A DNA stretch of 64,000 bases from an uncultured Bacillota bacterium (GCA_963804645.1 CAWDRG010000009.1:512001-576000), one strand, 5' to 3'; positions 9,787-19,601 are shown, counted from the stretch's first letter. Numbers and translations: made by a program. Notes: generated from the letters alone by a model not told the origin.

Positions 9787-10821
9787 ATGAGCAGGGCACC
9801 GGTTGGGATCGGCGTCGTCGGCATGGGACTGATGGGGCGGGCATTCGCGCAGATCTGCACCGAGATCGCCGAGACGCAGCTCGTGGGCGTCGCCGACACG
9901 AGCGAGCGCTCCGCCAGGGCCGCCGCGGAGCAGTTCGGCGTCCCCTCGTACCCGGCGGCCGGTGACTTGATTGACCGGGCCGAGGTGCAGGCGGTCATCG
10001 TCGCGACTCCCGAAGACGCCCACGTGGAGCCCTGCGTGCTGGCGCTCGAACGCGGCAAGGGCGTACTCGTGGAAAAGCCGATCGCCGACTCGGCGGCGCA
10101 TGGCCAGATCATCGCGGCCGCCGCCGAGCGGAGCGGCGCGGTGCTGCTCGTCGGGCACGTGCTGCGGTTTCACCCGCATTTCGTCTTGGCCAAACAGGCG
10201 GTCGACGAGGGTGCCGTGGGGAGGGTGCGCCATCTCCACCTGCGTCGGCTCGCCAGCATCCGGGCGCAGGAGCGGCTGCGGGGCCGGTGTTCGCTGCCCG
10301 TCTTTCTCGGCGTCCACGACTACGACGTCGCGCGCTGGTTTGCGGCGAGCGAGCCGGTCCGCATCTACGCGGAGTCCCAGCGCGGCGTGCTCCGCGCACT
10401 CGGGTACGACGTGGAAGACGTCACGTGGGCGCTGGTCACGTTCGAGAACGGCGTGCTCGCGGCGTGTGAGACGGGATGGATCCTGCCCGGCGGTCACCCG
10501 GGCGGGTCCGATGGGCGCATCGCAGTGCAGGGGACCGAGGGTCGGCTCGATGTCGAGGTGATGCACCAGGGCATCATGCTGTCCGGACCCGATCGATCCA
10601 GCTTCCTCGACACGCTCTTTCTGCCCCGTGTCCGGGGGGAGCTGCGGTCGATCTTCGTCGATGAACTGCGCCATTTCTCGCGGTGCCTCAACGGGGACGC
10701 CGCGCCGCTCGTCACGGCCCGGGATGCGATCGCGGCCGTGCGGATGGCGGAGGCCGTGATCGAGTCCGCCCGGACCCACCAGCCGGTCACGATGGGACCA
10801 CTGCGGGTTGAGGGATCGTGA
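9787..10821 (+). CDS. Gfo/Idh/MocA family oxidoreductase
   Basis: GGAGG RBS; GVVGMGLMG, VEKP, GHVLRF, HDYD motifs. Confidence 0.92.
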   Translation: MSRAPVGIGVVGMGLMGRAFAQICTEIAETQLVGVADTSERSARAAAEQFGVPSYPAAGDLIDRAEVQAVIVATPEDAHVEPCVLALERGKGVLVEKPIADSAAHGQIIAAAAERSGAVLLVGHVLRFHPHFVLAKQAVDEGAVGRVRHLHLRRLASIRAQERLRGRCSLPVFLGVHDYDVARWFAASEPVRIYAESQRGVLRALGYDVEDVTWALVTFENGVLAACETGWILPGGHPGGSDGRIAVQGTEGRLDVEVMHQGIMLSGPDRSSFLDTLFLPRVRGELRSIFVDELRHFSRCLNGDAAPLVTARDAIAAVRMAEAVIESARTHQPVTMGPLRVEGS

Positions 10822-10855
10822 TCGGCGCGGAGGTCGCGGGTGGGGGGGGCCCCGG

Positions 10856-12649
10856 ATGTCCGCGGTGACACCGCCCGATCCCGTCCAATTCGAGGTCGTG
10901 CGCAACGCGCTGGGTGAGGCCACCGAGGAGATGGCGCTCGCGCTCCGGCGCAGCGCGTACTCGACCAACATCAAGACGCGCCACGATTTCTCCTGCGCGT
11001 TCTTCGACCGGGATCTGCGGGTCGCGGCACAGGCGTTCTCGCAGCCCGTGCATCTGGGCTCGCTCGTCGAGCTGGTGCCGCGGGCCGTGCGGACGTACGG
11101 CCCGGCCCGGCTGCGCGCGGGCGACATGCTCGTCGCCAACGACCCGTACGACGGCGGCGTGCACCTGAACGACATCACGGTGATCGCCCCGGTGTTCTGT
11201 CAGGGGACACTGTTCGGTTATGTCGCAAACCTTGCGCACCACGTGGACGTCGGCGGCGGGGCGCCGGCGAGCGTCGGCGCGTTTCGCGAGGTGTTTCAGG
11301 AAGGCGTCATCATCCCCGCTGTCCGATTGGTCGAGGACGAGATCATCATCGACGACGTGTTCCGCCTGATCTTGGCGCAGATCCGGAGCAAGCGCGAGAC
11401 TGCCGGCGATCTCCGAGCCCAGGTGGCGGCAAACGTGACCGGTCGGCGGCGCCTCGCAGCGCTGGTCGATCGCGTCGGGCTCGGCGCCGTGGAGGCGATC
11501 ATCGACGCGCTGCTCGACTACACGGGGCGCCGGACTCGGCTCGACCTCGCCCGGCTGCCTCGCGGGGCGTTTTCGGCCGACGGGTACGTCGACAGCGACG
11601 GCTTCACCGATCAACGCGTCCGGCTGAGCGCGCGCGTGGAGATCGGCGAGGACGGCGTGACGTTTGACTTGACGGGATCGGATCCGCAGCGCCGGGCTCC
11701 GGTGAACTCGACGTTTGCGCAGACGTTCTCGGCGTGCGCGTACGCGCTGAAGTGTCTCGTGGACCAGGACATTCCCGTGAACCAGGGGTTCTACGACCTA
11801 GTGCGCGTGCACGCGCCCCTCGGCACCGTGGTCAACTGCCGGCCGCCCGCACCCGTCGTCGGCGGATGGGAGACCCAGACGCGGCTGGTGGACACGATCT
11901 TCAAGGCCCTCGCCCCCGCGCTGCCCGACCGGGTGCCGGCGGGCACAAAGGCGATGATGTGCCACGCCGGATTTGGCGGCGTGGATCCCGCGAGCGGCGA
12001 GTATCGCTGCTTCCTCGAGACGCTGGCGGGGGGATACGGCGCGCGGGCGTTCAGCGACGGTCCCGACGCGGTGCAAACGCACGGACAGAACACCGAGAAC
12101 GCGCCGGTCGAGGAGACGGAGGCCAACTATCCGGTCCGGATCGTCCGGTATGAGCTCGTGAACGATTCCGAGGGCGCGGGGCGTTTCCGCGGCGGGCTGG
12201 GGTTGCGCCGTGACTATCTGTTTGCGGAGTACCCGGTGACGTTTACCGTGCTGGCGGACCGCGATCGCGAGGGGCCGGGGGGCTTGTTCGGAGGCCGCGC
12301 GGCGCCGCCGGCCGAATACGTCCTCAATCCGGCCGTCGAGGCGAGGCGGCTGGGCTCGAAGACGACCGTCGAGCTCGAGCGTGGCGACGTCGTCAGCTAC
12401 CGCACCTGCGGCGGAGGCGGCTACGGCGCGCCGTTCGAGCGCGATCCGGAGAGGGTCCTCCGGGACGTCCGCGAGGGCAAGGTGAGCCTCGCCCGCGCGC
12501 GCGACGTGTACGGCGTGGCCATCGACGCCTCGGGCTGGCGCGTGGACGCCGAAGAGACCGAACCGGCTGCGGTCGCAACACACACCGGAGGGCTAGCGTG
12601 TCCGTCTACCGGCTGGGCGTCGACATCGGAGGCACGTTCACCGATGTGA
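10856..12649 (+). CDS. hyuB: hydantoinase B/oxoprolinase family protein (copy 1)
   Basis: RRSAYSTNI..DFSCA, NDPYxGGVHLND, HHVDVGG, CGGGGYG; C-terminus probably affected by a 1-bp indel near 12560. Confidence 0.92.
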   Translation: MSAVTPPDPVQFEVVRNALGEATEEMALALRRSAYSTNIKTRHDFSCAFFDRDLRVAAQAFSQPVHLGSLVELVPRAVRTYGPARLRAGDMLVANDPYDGGVHLNDITVIAPVFCQGTLFGYVANLAHHVDVGGGAPASVGAFREVFQEGVIIPAVRLVEDEIIIDDVFRLILAQIRSKRETAGDLRAQVAANVTGRRRLAALVDRVGLGAVEAIIDALLDYTGRRTRLDLARLPRGAFSADGYVDSDGFTDQRVRLSARVEIGEDGVTFDLTGSDPQRRAPVNSTFAQTFSACAYALKCLVDQDIPVNQGFYDLVRVHAPLGTVVNCRPPAPVVGGWETQTRLVDTIFKALAPALPDRVPAGTKAMMCHAGFGGVDPASGEYRCFLETLAGGYGARAFSDGPDAVQTHGQNTENAPVEETEANYPVRIVRYELVNDSEGAGRFRGGLGLRRDYLFAEYPVTFTVLADRDREGPGGLFGGRAAPPAEYVLNPAVEARRLGSKTTVELERGDVVSYRTCGGGGYGAPFERDPERVLRDVREGKVSLARARDVYGVAIDASGWRVDAEETEPAAVATHTGGLACPSTGWASTSEARSPM

Positions 12650-14712
12650 TTCTCGTCGATGAGGAGTCGGGCGCAGTCCACATCGACAAGGTGCTCACGA
12701 CCCCGCGGGATCCTTCGATCGCGTTTCTCGACGGGGTCGAGCGCGTGCTGCGTCGGGCCGGTGCCGCGCCCGCCCGCGTGCGCTACGTCGTGCACGCCAC
12801 CACGGTGGCGACCAACGCCATCATCGAGGGCAAGGCGGCGCGCACGGCGTTTGTGACCACCGACGGATTCCGCGACATGCTGGAAATCGCCCGCCAGGTG
12901 CGGCCGTCGCTGTACGATCTGCGCTTCGAAAAGCCCCGCCCGCTCGTGCCGAGGCAGTACTGCTACGGGGTGCCGGAGCGGCTCGACGCGCGCGGGCAGG
13001 TCCTCGTGCCGCTGGACGAAGCCGCCGTGCGCCGTGTCGCGGACGAGATCGCTCGCGAGCGGATGGAGGCCGTGGCGGTCTGCTTCCTCCACGCCTACGC
13101 GAACCCGGCGCACGAGCAGCTCGCCGGACGGATTCTGCGCGACGCGCTCCCCGGAACGGTCGTCTCGCTGTCGTCAGAGGTCGCCCCGGAGTTTCGCGAG
13201 TACTTCCGTGCGAGCACCACAGTCATCAACGCCTCGATCCAGCCGATCGTCTCGCGCTACCTCGCGCACATCGAGGCCCGGCTGCGTGCGATCGGCGCGT
13301 CGGCCGAGCTGCTGGTCATGCAGAGCAACGGCGGCGTGTTTTCGTTCGCCGCCGCGCGCGAGAAACCGGTCTTCATGGTGGAGTCGGGGCCGGCCGCCGG
13401 CGTGATCGCGGCCACGCACCTCGGTGCGACCCTCGGCTACCCGAACGCGATCTCGTTCGACATGGGAGGCACGACTACCAAGGCCGGACTGATCCTCGAC
13501 GGGACGCCCCGGGCGACCAAAGAGTACGAAGTGGGGACGGCCGCGCACGCCGGCGTTGGAGGCCAGCGCGGGAGCGGGTATCCGATCCGAACGCCGGTGA
13601 TCGACCTGGTCGAGATCGGCGCCGGGGGCGGGTCGATCGCCTGGATCGATTCGGGCGGCGGTCTGCGCGTGGGACCGACGAGCGCGGGCGCCGATCCCGG
13701 GCCCGCCTGCTACGGGCGGGGCGGAATCGAGCCGACCATCACCGACGCGAACCTCGTCCTGGGGCGTCTGAATCCGGACTACTTCCTCGGCGGCGAGCTA
13801 CGGCTCGACGTCGAGCGTGCGAGGGGGGCGATCGCGGAGCGGTGCGCGGCTCCGCTCGGCATCGACGTCGTCGCCGCCGCGCACGGCATCGTCGAGATCG
13901 CGAACGCGGCGATGGTCAACGCCCTGCGCCTCGTGTCGGTGCAGCGGGGGTACGATCCGAGGGAGTTTGCGCTGATCGCGTTCGGCGGCGCGGGGCCCGT
14001 GCACGCGAACCGGCTGATCGCCGAGACCCAGATTCGGACCGCGCTGATTCCGACGAGCCCGGGCACCGCCTCCGCGATGGGACTGCTCGTCAGCGATCTC
14101 CGGCACGAGTACTCGGTGACGATGATCGAGCGACTCGATCGCGCCGAGGTCGGGGTGCTGGAGCAGGCGTTTCAGACGTTGGAGGCGGAGGGACGGCGCG
14201 CCCTCGCGCGCGAGGGGAGCCGCCCCGACGACGTGTCGGTCGTGCGCCAGATGGATCTGCGGTACGTCGGGCAGGGCTACGAGCTCACCGTCGCGGTCCC
14301 CGCGGCGCCGCTGGATTCCGAGGCGCGGGCCGGTCTGATCGCGCGGTTTCATGACGAGCACGGCCGAGCCTACGGCTACAGCGCGCCGGTGGAGCCCGTC
14401 GAGCTCGTCAACGTGCGGGTGACCGTGATCGGCGCGATTGCGAAGCCGGCGCTCCGGCGAGGGACGGTGCGCGGGCGAGGCCCGGCCGGCGCGCCGGTTT
14501 CGCGTCCGGTGTACTTTCAGGAGTGCGGCGGCTACGTCGACTGCCCGGTGTACGACCGATATCATCTGGCCGCCGAGATGGTCGTCCGCGGTCCCGCCAT
14601 CATCGAAGAGTTCGACTCGAGTACGGTCGTGCATCCTGGCTATCACGCGCGCGCCGACGCGTTTGGGACCCTGCACCTGAGCGCCGCCGATGCGCCGGCG
14701 CAGACGCGATGA
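12598..14712 (+). CDS. hyuA: hydantoinase A/oxoprolinase family protein
   Basis: DIGGTFTD, TTVATNA, ESGPAAG, DMGGTT, GAGGGSIA, SAGADPGPACY. Confidence 0.93.
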   Translation: MSVYRLGVDIGGTFTDVILVDEESGAVHIDKVLTTPRDPSIAFLDGVERVLRRAGAAPARVRYVVHATTVATNAIIEGKAARTAFVTTDGFRDMLEIARQVRPSLYDLRFEKPRPLVPRQYCYGVPERLDARGQVLVPLDEAAVRRVADEIARERMEAVAVCFLHAYANPAHEQLAGRILRDALPGTVVSLSSEVAPEFREYFRASTTVINASIQPIVSRYLAHIEARLRAIGASAELLVMQSNGGVFSFAAAREKPVFMVESGPAAGVIAATHLGATLGYPNAISFDMGGTTTKAGLILDGTPRATKEYEVGTAAHAGVGGQRGSGYPIRTPVIDLVEIGAGGGSIAWIDSGGGLRVGPTSAGADPGPACYGRGGIEPTITDANLVLGRLNPDYFLGGELRLDVERARGAIAERCAAPLGIDVVAAAHGIVEIANAAMVNALRLVSVQRGYDPREFALIAFGGAGPVHANRLIAETQIRTALIPTSPGTASAMGLLVSDLRHEYSVTMIERLDRAEVGVLEQAFQTLEAEGRRALAREGSRPDDVSVVRQMDLRYVGQGYELTVAVPAAPLDSEARAGLIARFHDEHGRAYGYSAPVEPVELVNVRVTVIGAIAKPALRRGTVRGRGPAGAPVSRPVYFQECGGYVDCPVYDRYHLAAEMVVRGPAIIEEFDSSTVVHPGYHARADAFGTLHLSAADAPAQTR

Positions 14713-14782
14713 GACCGCGCGCGGGTCGCACGGCGTCCCGTCCTGATTGGGGAGCGTCGCGCACGTCCCCGCCGGGGGAGAC

Positions 14783-15928
14783 GTGAACATCGCCGTCGTC
14801 GGGGCTGGGATCTTTGGCGTCGCCGCGGCGCTCGAGCTGCGCGACCGCGCCCACGCGGTGACGCTGTTTGAACAAGGTCGCGCGCCCTACGCGCGGGCCA
14901 GTTCCACCGACACGTCCAAGACGATCAGGAGGCTATACGGGCACAACGCGACGTACGTCGACCTCGTCGAGCGCGCCGCGGTCAAGTGGCGGGACTGGGC
15001 GGCGCGTCTCGGCGAGCCGATCTATGTGCGGACGGGGCAGCTCCAGATCGAGCGGGATTTTCGCCCCGGATCCCGCATTCACGACAGCTGGGAGTTCATG
15101 AGCACGCGAGACACGACGGTGGAGATCCTCTCGATTTCAGATGCGCGGGTGCGCTTTCCCCAGTTCCTCTACCGTGATGGGGAGACGTGCCTCTACGACC
15201 CCTGGGGCGGGTACATCGCGAGCGGCGACGCGGTCGCCGGGCTGGTCCGATTGGCCCGCGAGAGCGGGGTGGCCGTCCGGGAGGACACGCCCGTCACGGA
15301 TGTCTCGGAAGACTCGACCGGAGCCCGGGTGCGCGCCGACGGCCGGGCGCTGCACTTCGACCGCGTGGTGGTGGCCGCCGGCGTGTGGATCGAGCGGTTG
15401 GTCCCGGAGGTCGGGCGGCACATTCGCCCCACCCGCCAAGAGATGGCGTTCTTCCAGCCGGACGACCCGGGCCTCCTGGCCTCGGGCGGGATGCCGGTGT
15501 GGGCCGTCAACCCCGAGACGGACGGGTGGTACGGGCACCCGCTGCGGCGGCAGGGCTGGGTCAAGGTCGCGAACGACCTCCGCGGCGACGTCGTCGATCC
15601 CGATGCTCCGCGGGTCGTCACGCCCGCGTTCCTCGACGCGGCGCGCGGCTTCCTGGCCGCGCGGATCCCGGCCCTCGCGCGCGCGACCCTCGTGGACAGC
15701 CGGATGTGCCTGTACGAGGAGACGCCCGACCGTCATTTCATCATCGACTGGGCGCCGGGCTCTCAGCGGATTCTTGTCGCCGGCGGCGGCAGCGGCCACG
15801 GCTTCAAGTTCGGCGGGTCGATCGGGGAGGTCATCGCCGACGCGCTGGAACACAAGGACGGGCGCGACGGAGCGCTCTTCCGCATCGGCCGACGGTTCGC
15901 CTCGGAGCCACATGACGGCGTGGGATGA
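14783..15928 (+). CDS. FAD-dependent amine oxidase (sarcosine oxidase / fructosyl-amino-acid oxidase family)
   Basis: GAGIFG dinucleotide motif, ASSTDTSKTIRRLYG, RMCLY (covalent-FAD Cys position), SGHGFKF; GTG 14783 after GGGAG. Confidence 0.88.
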   Translation: MNIAVVGAGIFGVAAALELRDRAHAVTLFEQGRAPYARASSTDTSKTIRRLYGHNATYVDLVERAAVKWRDWAARLGEPIYVRTGQLQIERDFRPGSRIHDSWEFMSTRDTTVEILSISDARVRFPQFLYRDGETCLYDPWGGYIASGDAVAGLVRLARESGVAVREDTPVTDVSEDSTGARVRADGRALHFDRVVVAAGVWIERLVPEVGRHIRPTRQEMAFFQPDDPGLLASGGMPVWAVNPETDGWYGHPLRRQGWVKVANDLRGDVVDPDAPRVVTPAFLDAARGFLAARIPALARATLVDSRMCLYEETPDRHFIIDWAPGSQRILVAGGGSGHGFKFGGSIGEVIADALEHKDGRDGALFRIGRRFASEPHDGVG

Positions 15929-15934
15929 GCGCGC

Positions 15935-17701
15935 GTGATCCGGGATCCTGAGCGGGTGCCCGACCCCGTCCGCTTCGAGGTCGTCCGCAACGCCCTCACG
16001 AGCGTGACCGAGGAGATGGCGACGGCGCTCAAGCGGAGCGCGTACTCGACCAACATCCGGACGCGCCACGACTTCTCGTGCGCGTTCTTCGACCGCGACC
16101 TGCGGGTCACCGCCCAGGCGTTTACACAGCCGGTGCACCTTGGATCCTTCGTGGAGCTCGTGCCCCGCGCGATCCGCGAGTACGGCGGCGCGCGTCTCCA
16201 GCCCGGCGACGTGATCGTGACGAACGATCCCTACTGCGGCGGCGTGCACCTGAACGACATCACGATGATCATGCCGGCGTTTTTCCAGGGCGAGCTCGTC
16301 GGCTATCTCGCCAATCTTGCGCACCATTCCGATGTGGGGGGCGGCGCGCCGGCGAGCATCGGGGCGTTTCGCGAGGTGTTTCAGGAAGGCGTGATCGTGC
16401 CTCCGGTGAAGGTGGTCTCCCGCGGGACGATCGTGGACGACGTGTTTCGCCTGATCCTGGCGCAGATCCGCAGCAAGCGGGAGACCGCGGGCGACCTGCG
16501 CGCGCAGGTCGCCGCGAACGTGACGGGAGAACGCCGGTTGGGCGACGTGTTCACCCGGTTCGGACTGCGCGAAGTTCGCGCCGACATCGATGCGCTGATC
16601 GAGTACACGCGCCGGCGGACCGGCGCGGCCCTGGCGCGGTTCCCCGCGGGAACCTATCGCGCCGAGGGCTTCGTCGACAACGACGGGTTTACCGACCGTC
16701 CGGTGCGGCTGTGCGCCGCCGTGACAATGGGGGACGCCGCCATCGAGTTTGATCTCTCTGGATCCGATCCGCAGCGGCGCGCGCCGGTGAACTCGACGCT
16801 GGCGCAGACGTTTTCGGCGTGCGCGTATGCTGCGAAGTGTCTGATCGACGACGACATCCCGGTCAATCAGGGGTTCTACGAGTGCATCCGAGTGCACGCG
16901 CCGCTCGGGACGGTGACGAACTGCGAGTCCCCGGCGCCGGTGGTCGGCGGATGGGAGACGCAGACGCGGCTGGTCGACGTGATCTTCAGGGCGCTGGCCC
17001 CGGTGATGGGCGATCGAGCGATCGCCGGGACCAAGGCGATGATGTGCCAGGCGGGCTTCGGCGGGATCGATCCGCGCAGCGGCGAGTACTATTGCGTGTA
17101 CGAGGCGCTCGCGGGCGGCTACGGTGCGCGGCGGGACAAAGACGGACCGGATGCGGTGCAGGCGCACGGGCAGAACACGGAAAACGCGCCGATCGAGGAG
17201 ATCGAGCTCAACTATCCCGTGCGGATCGCGCGGTACGAGTTAATCGAGGATTCCGAGGGTCCCGGGCGCCACCGGGGCGGTCTGGGGCTCCGCCGGGACT
17301 ACCTGTTTCCCGACCACGCGGCGTCGTTTACGGTTCTCGCCGATCGCGATCGCGCGGGTCCCTGGGGGCTTGAGGGAGGACTTCCCGGCCGCCCCGCGGA
17401 GTACTGGGTGTCTCGCCGGGGTACACTCCAAAGGCTTGGGTCCAAGATGACCCTCGAGGTCGGCGCGGGGGATGTGGTGAGCTTTCGAACGTGCGGCGGA
17501 GGCGGATTTGGCGTGCCCACCGAGCGCCATCCCGCCCTCGTTCTGGACGACGTCCGCCAGGGCAAGGTGAGCGTCGAACGCGCGTGCGAAATCTATCGTG
17601 TCGTGGTCGACAGGGCGACCTGGACGGTTGACGCGGCGTCCACGGCGCGGCTGCGAGCGGTCCGGGACGGAACCCGTTCGGGCGACGAGGGCGCCAGCTG
17701 A
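15935..17701 (+). CDS. hyuB: hydantoinase B/oxoprolinase family protein (copy 2)
   Basis: Close full-length paralog of 10856..12649 with the same motifs. Confidence 0.92.
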   Translation: MIRDPERVPDPVRFEVVRNALTSVTEEMATALKRSAYSTNIRTRHDFSCAFFDRDLRVTAQAFTQPVHLGSFVELVPRAIREYGGARLQPGDVIVTNDPYCGGVHLNDITMIMPAFFQGELVGYLANLAHHSDVGGGAPASIGAFREVFQEGVIVPPVKVVSRGTIVDDVFRLILAQIRSKRETAGDLRAQVAANVTGERRLGDVFTRFGLREVRADIDALIEYTRRRTGAALARFPAGTYRAEGFVDNDGFTDRPVRLCAAVTMGDAAIEFDLSGSDPQRRAPVNSTLAQTFSACAYAAKCLIDDDIPVNQGFYECIRVHAPLGTVTNCESPAPVVGGWETQTRLVDVIFRALAPVMGDRAIAGTKAMMCQAGFGGIDPRSGEYYCVYEALAGGYGARRDKDGPDAVQAHGQNTENAPIEEIELNYPVRIARYELIEDSEGPGRHRGGLGLRRDYLFPDHAASFTVLADRDRAGPWGLEGGLPGRPAEYWVSRRGTLQRLGSKMTLEVGAGDVVSFRTCGGGGFGVPTERHPALVLDDVRQGKVSVERACEIYRVVVDRATWTVDAASTARLRAVRDGTRSGDEGAS

Positions 17702-17869
17702 ACGCGCCGGCACGGCGGAGCCGCGCTCGTCGTCATCGAATGGTCAGGGGAAGCGCGCCCACCGTCGCCTCGCGGCCCCACCCAGGACCCCGGACGTGCG
17801 GAGGCGGCGGCGGGCCGCGCGGGAGCGGGCACGGCCCGTTCCCGGATGTGAGATGAACGGCGGAGGAGC

Positions 17870-19162
17870 GTGATACCGATGACGCAGGTGCCGGCGCGCT
17901 ACGCGTTGACGGGGGCGACGCTGATCGACGGCTCGGGAGCGCCACCGCGCTCCGCGACGACCGTCCTCGTCGACGGGCGGCAGATCGCCAAGGTCGGCCC
18001 GGCCGGCGCCGTCGAGCTGCCCTCCGACCTTCCGGTGTACGACCTCTCCGGGAAGACGTTGATGCCCGGCCTCATCGACGGCCACGTGCATCTCCTGTCG
18101 TATGCCGGAGAAGGGCACCGCGACGTTCATCTCTGGAACGTCTTGACGTTCATCGAGGAACAGGCGATTCACGCGGCGGCGAACGCGGTGAAGGCGCTGC
18201 GCGCGGGGGTGACCACCGTCCGCGACATGGCGGGCTCACGCCCGGAGATCTCCGCCAAGCATGCGACGCGCGATTTCGTCGTGCCCGGCGCCCGCATCGT
18301 CGCGTCGGGGTTTGTCGGCATGACCGCGGGGCACGGCGACATGTTCGTGCCGGCCTGCATCGACCGGCGGATGTGGCGCACGGCGGATGGCCCGGACGCA
18401 TGCCGGCAGCTCGTTCGGGAGTACGCGCGGGACGGAGTGGATCTGATCAAGATCTGCACGAGCGGGGGCGTCCTGTCGCTCGGCGACGAGATCGGCTGGA
18501 GGAACTACACGTCCGAGGAAGTGCGGGTGATCGTCGACGAGGCCCATGCGCTCGGCAAGCGGGTCGCGGTGCACGCGCACAGCCGCGCGGGGATTGCGCA
18601 GGCCCTCGACGCGGGCGTGGACACGCTCGAACACGGCTCCGAACTCGATCCCCCGCTGGTCGAGCAGATGGTCAACCAGGGGACGTGGCTCTGTCCCACG
18701 CTCGCGATCACGGAGTTCGTCGTCACGCGGGGAGCGGAGCGCGGCATCCCTGCGGCGGCGATCGAGAAGGCGGCGCCGGTGCGCCAGCGGCGCGTGCAGA
18801 GCATGGTGATGGCCTACCGCGCCGGCGTGAAGATGTTCATGGGGACGGACAGCTGCAATACGATGCCCTTCGGCTCCCACGCATGGGAACTCGAGTTGAT
18901 GCACCGGTACATCGGCATGAGCCCGATGGAAGTCATCGCGGCTGCGACCGGCGGGGCGGCCGATGCCCTGGGTCTCGGCGACAAGACGGGCACGATCGAG
19001 GCGGGCAAGTGGGCCGACCTGCTGGTCGTCGACGGAGACCCCCTGGCCGACCTGGCAATGTTGCAGAACGAGGCCCGCCTGCTCGGCGTGTTTCGCGACG
19101 GGCGCCTGCTCATCGATCGCGGGCTCACCCGGCAGCGCGCGATCGCGCTCGGCACGCCGTAG
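17870..19162 (+). CDS. metal-dependent amidohydrolase (Xaa-Pro dipeptidase-like subtype)
   Basis: PGLIDGHVH, AGVTTVRD, IKICTSGG, HAH, LEHG, GTD, GKWADL. Confidence 0.9.
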   Translation: MIPMTQVPARYALTGATLIDGSGAPPRSATTVLVDGRQIAKVGPAGAVELPSDLPVYDLSGKTLMPGLIDGHVHLLSYAGEGHRDVHLWNVLTFIEEQAIHAAANAVKALRAGVTTVRDMAGSRPEISAKHATRDFVVPGARIVASGFVGMTAGHGDMFVPACIDRRMWRTADGPDACRQLVREYARDGVDLIKICTSGGVLSLGDEIGWRNYTSEEVRVIVDEAHALGKRVAVHAHSRAGIAQALDAGVDTLEHGSELDPPLVEQMVNQGTWLCPTLAITEFVVTRGAERGIPAAAIEKAAPVRQRRVQSMVMAYRAGVKMFMGTDSCNTMPFGSHAWELELMHRYIGMSPMEVIAAATGGAADALGLGDKTGTIEAGKWADLLVVDGDPLADLAMLQNEARLLGVFRDGRLLIDRGLTRQRAIALGTP

Positions 19163-19251
19163 CCGCACCCGCCAGCATGTGAAGGCGACGGCGCGTGCCG
19201 CGCCGCGCGTGCGCGTGTTCGCCTCCCGTGTGGGAACCGCACCGCCTCATT

Positions 19252-19313
19252 TTCACGGTCCCATCAGTTCTTAACACGGTCTTCACGGCATATTCACGAC
19301 GGACCGCTACCGT
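19252..19313 (+). promoter_or_regulatory. 11-bp-period direct repeats (OmpR/PhoB-type box) plus candidate -10
   Basis: TTAACA 19271, TTCACG 19282, TTCACG 19293, extra TTCACG at 19252, then TACCGT at 19308-19313. Confidence 0.5.
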
Positions 19314-19388
19314 GTGAGCGAGGCGGGGCGGATCGCCCCGTGGCGGCGCGGCGAGCGCCCATCGATCGCCTCCGAGGGAGGACGCGAC

Positions 19389-19601
19389 ATGCACATGACG
19401 GTGGATGCCCCCATTTCCGGCCGGCCCCTCCGTGAGGTGCCCATTTATCTGCACACCACGTGCGGGACGTGCGGCGCCGACGAGGGCGTGGCGGTGCGGT
19501 ACCGGGGTTCGGTGCTCTGCCTCGACTGCTACCGCAACGCGAAGCGCGCGGCGCGCGAGCGGCGGCGCAGGCTCACGGTGCTCGGCGGCAAGGGAGCGTA
19601 G
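19389..19601 (+). CDS. small basic zinc-finger protein
   Basis: GGAGG RBS; CGTC...CLDC and Arg-rich tail; 70 aa. Confidence 0.7.
   Translation: MHMTVDAPISGRPLREVPIYLHTTCGTCGADEGVAVRYRGSVLCLDCYRNAKRAARERRRRLTVLGGKGA

Noticed and set aside
8578..11178. 866-aa apparent fusion ending in an ABC permease
   Set aside because: Only the 3' part from ATG 9429 is real; the rest is antisense to the Gfo/Idh/MocA and hyuB genes
17820..17844. 14-mer CGGGAGCGGGCACG shared with 26965-26978 (minus strand), both ~40 bp upstream of start codons; forms a hairpin here
   Set aside because: Such a GC-rich match can arise by chance in this composition, there are only two copies, and the sigma-54 -12 GC is missing here
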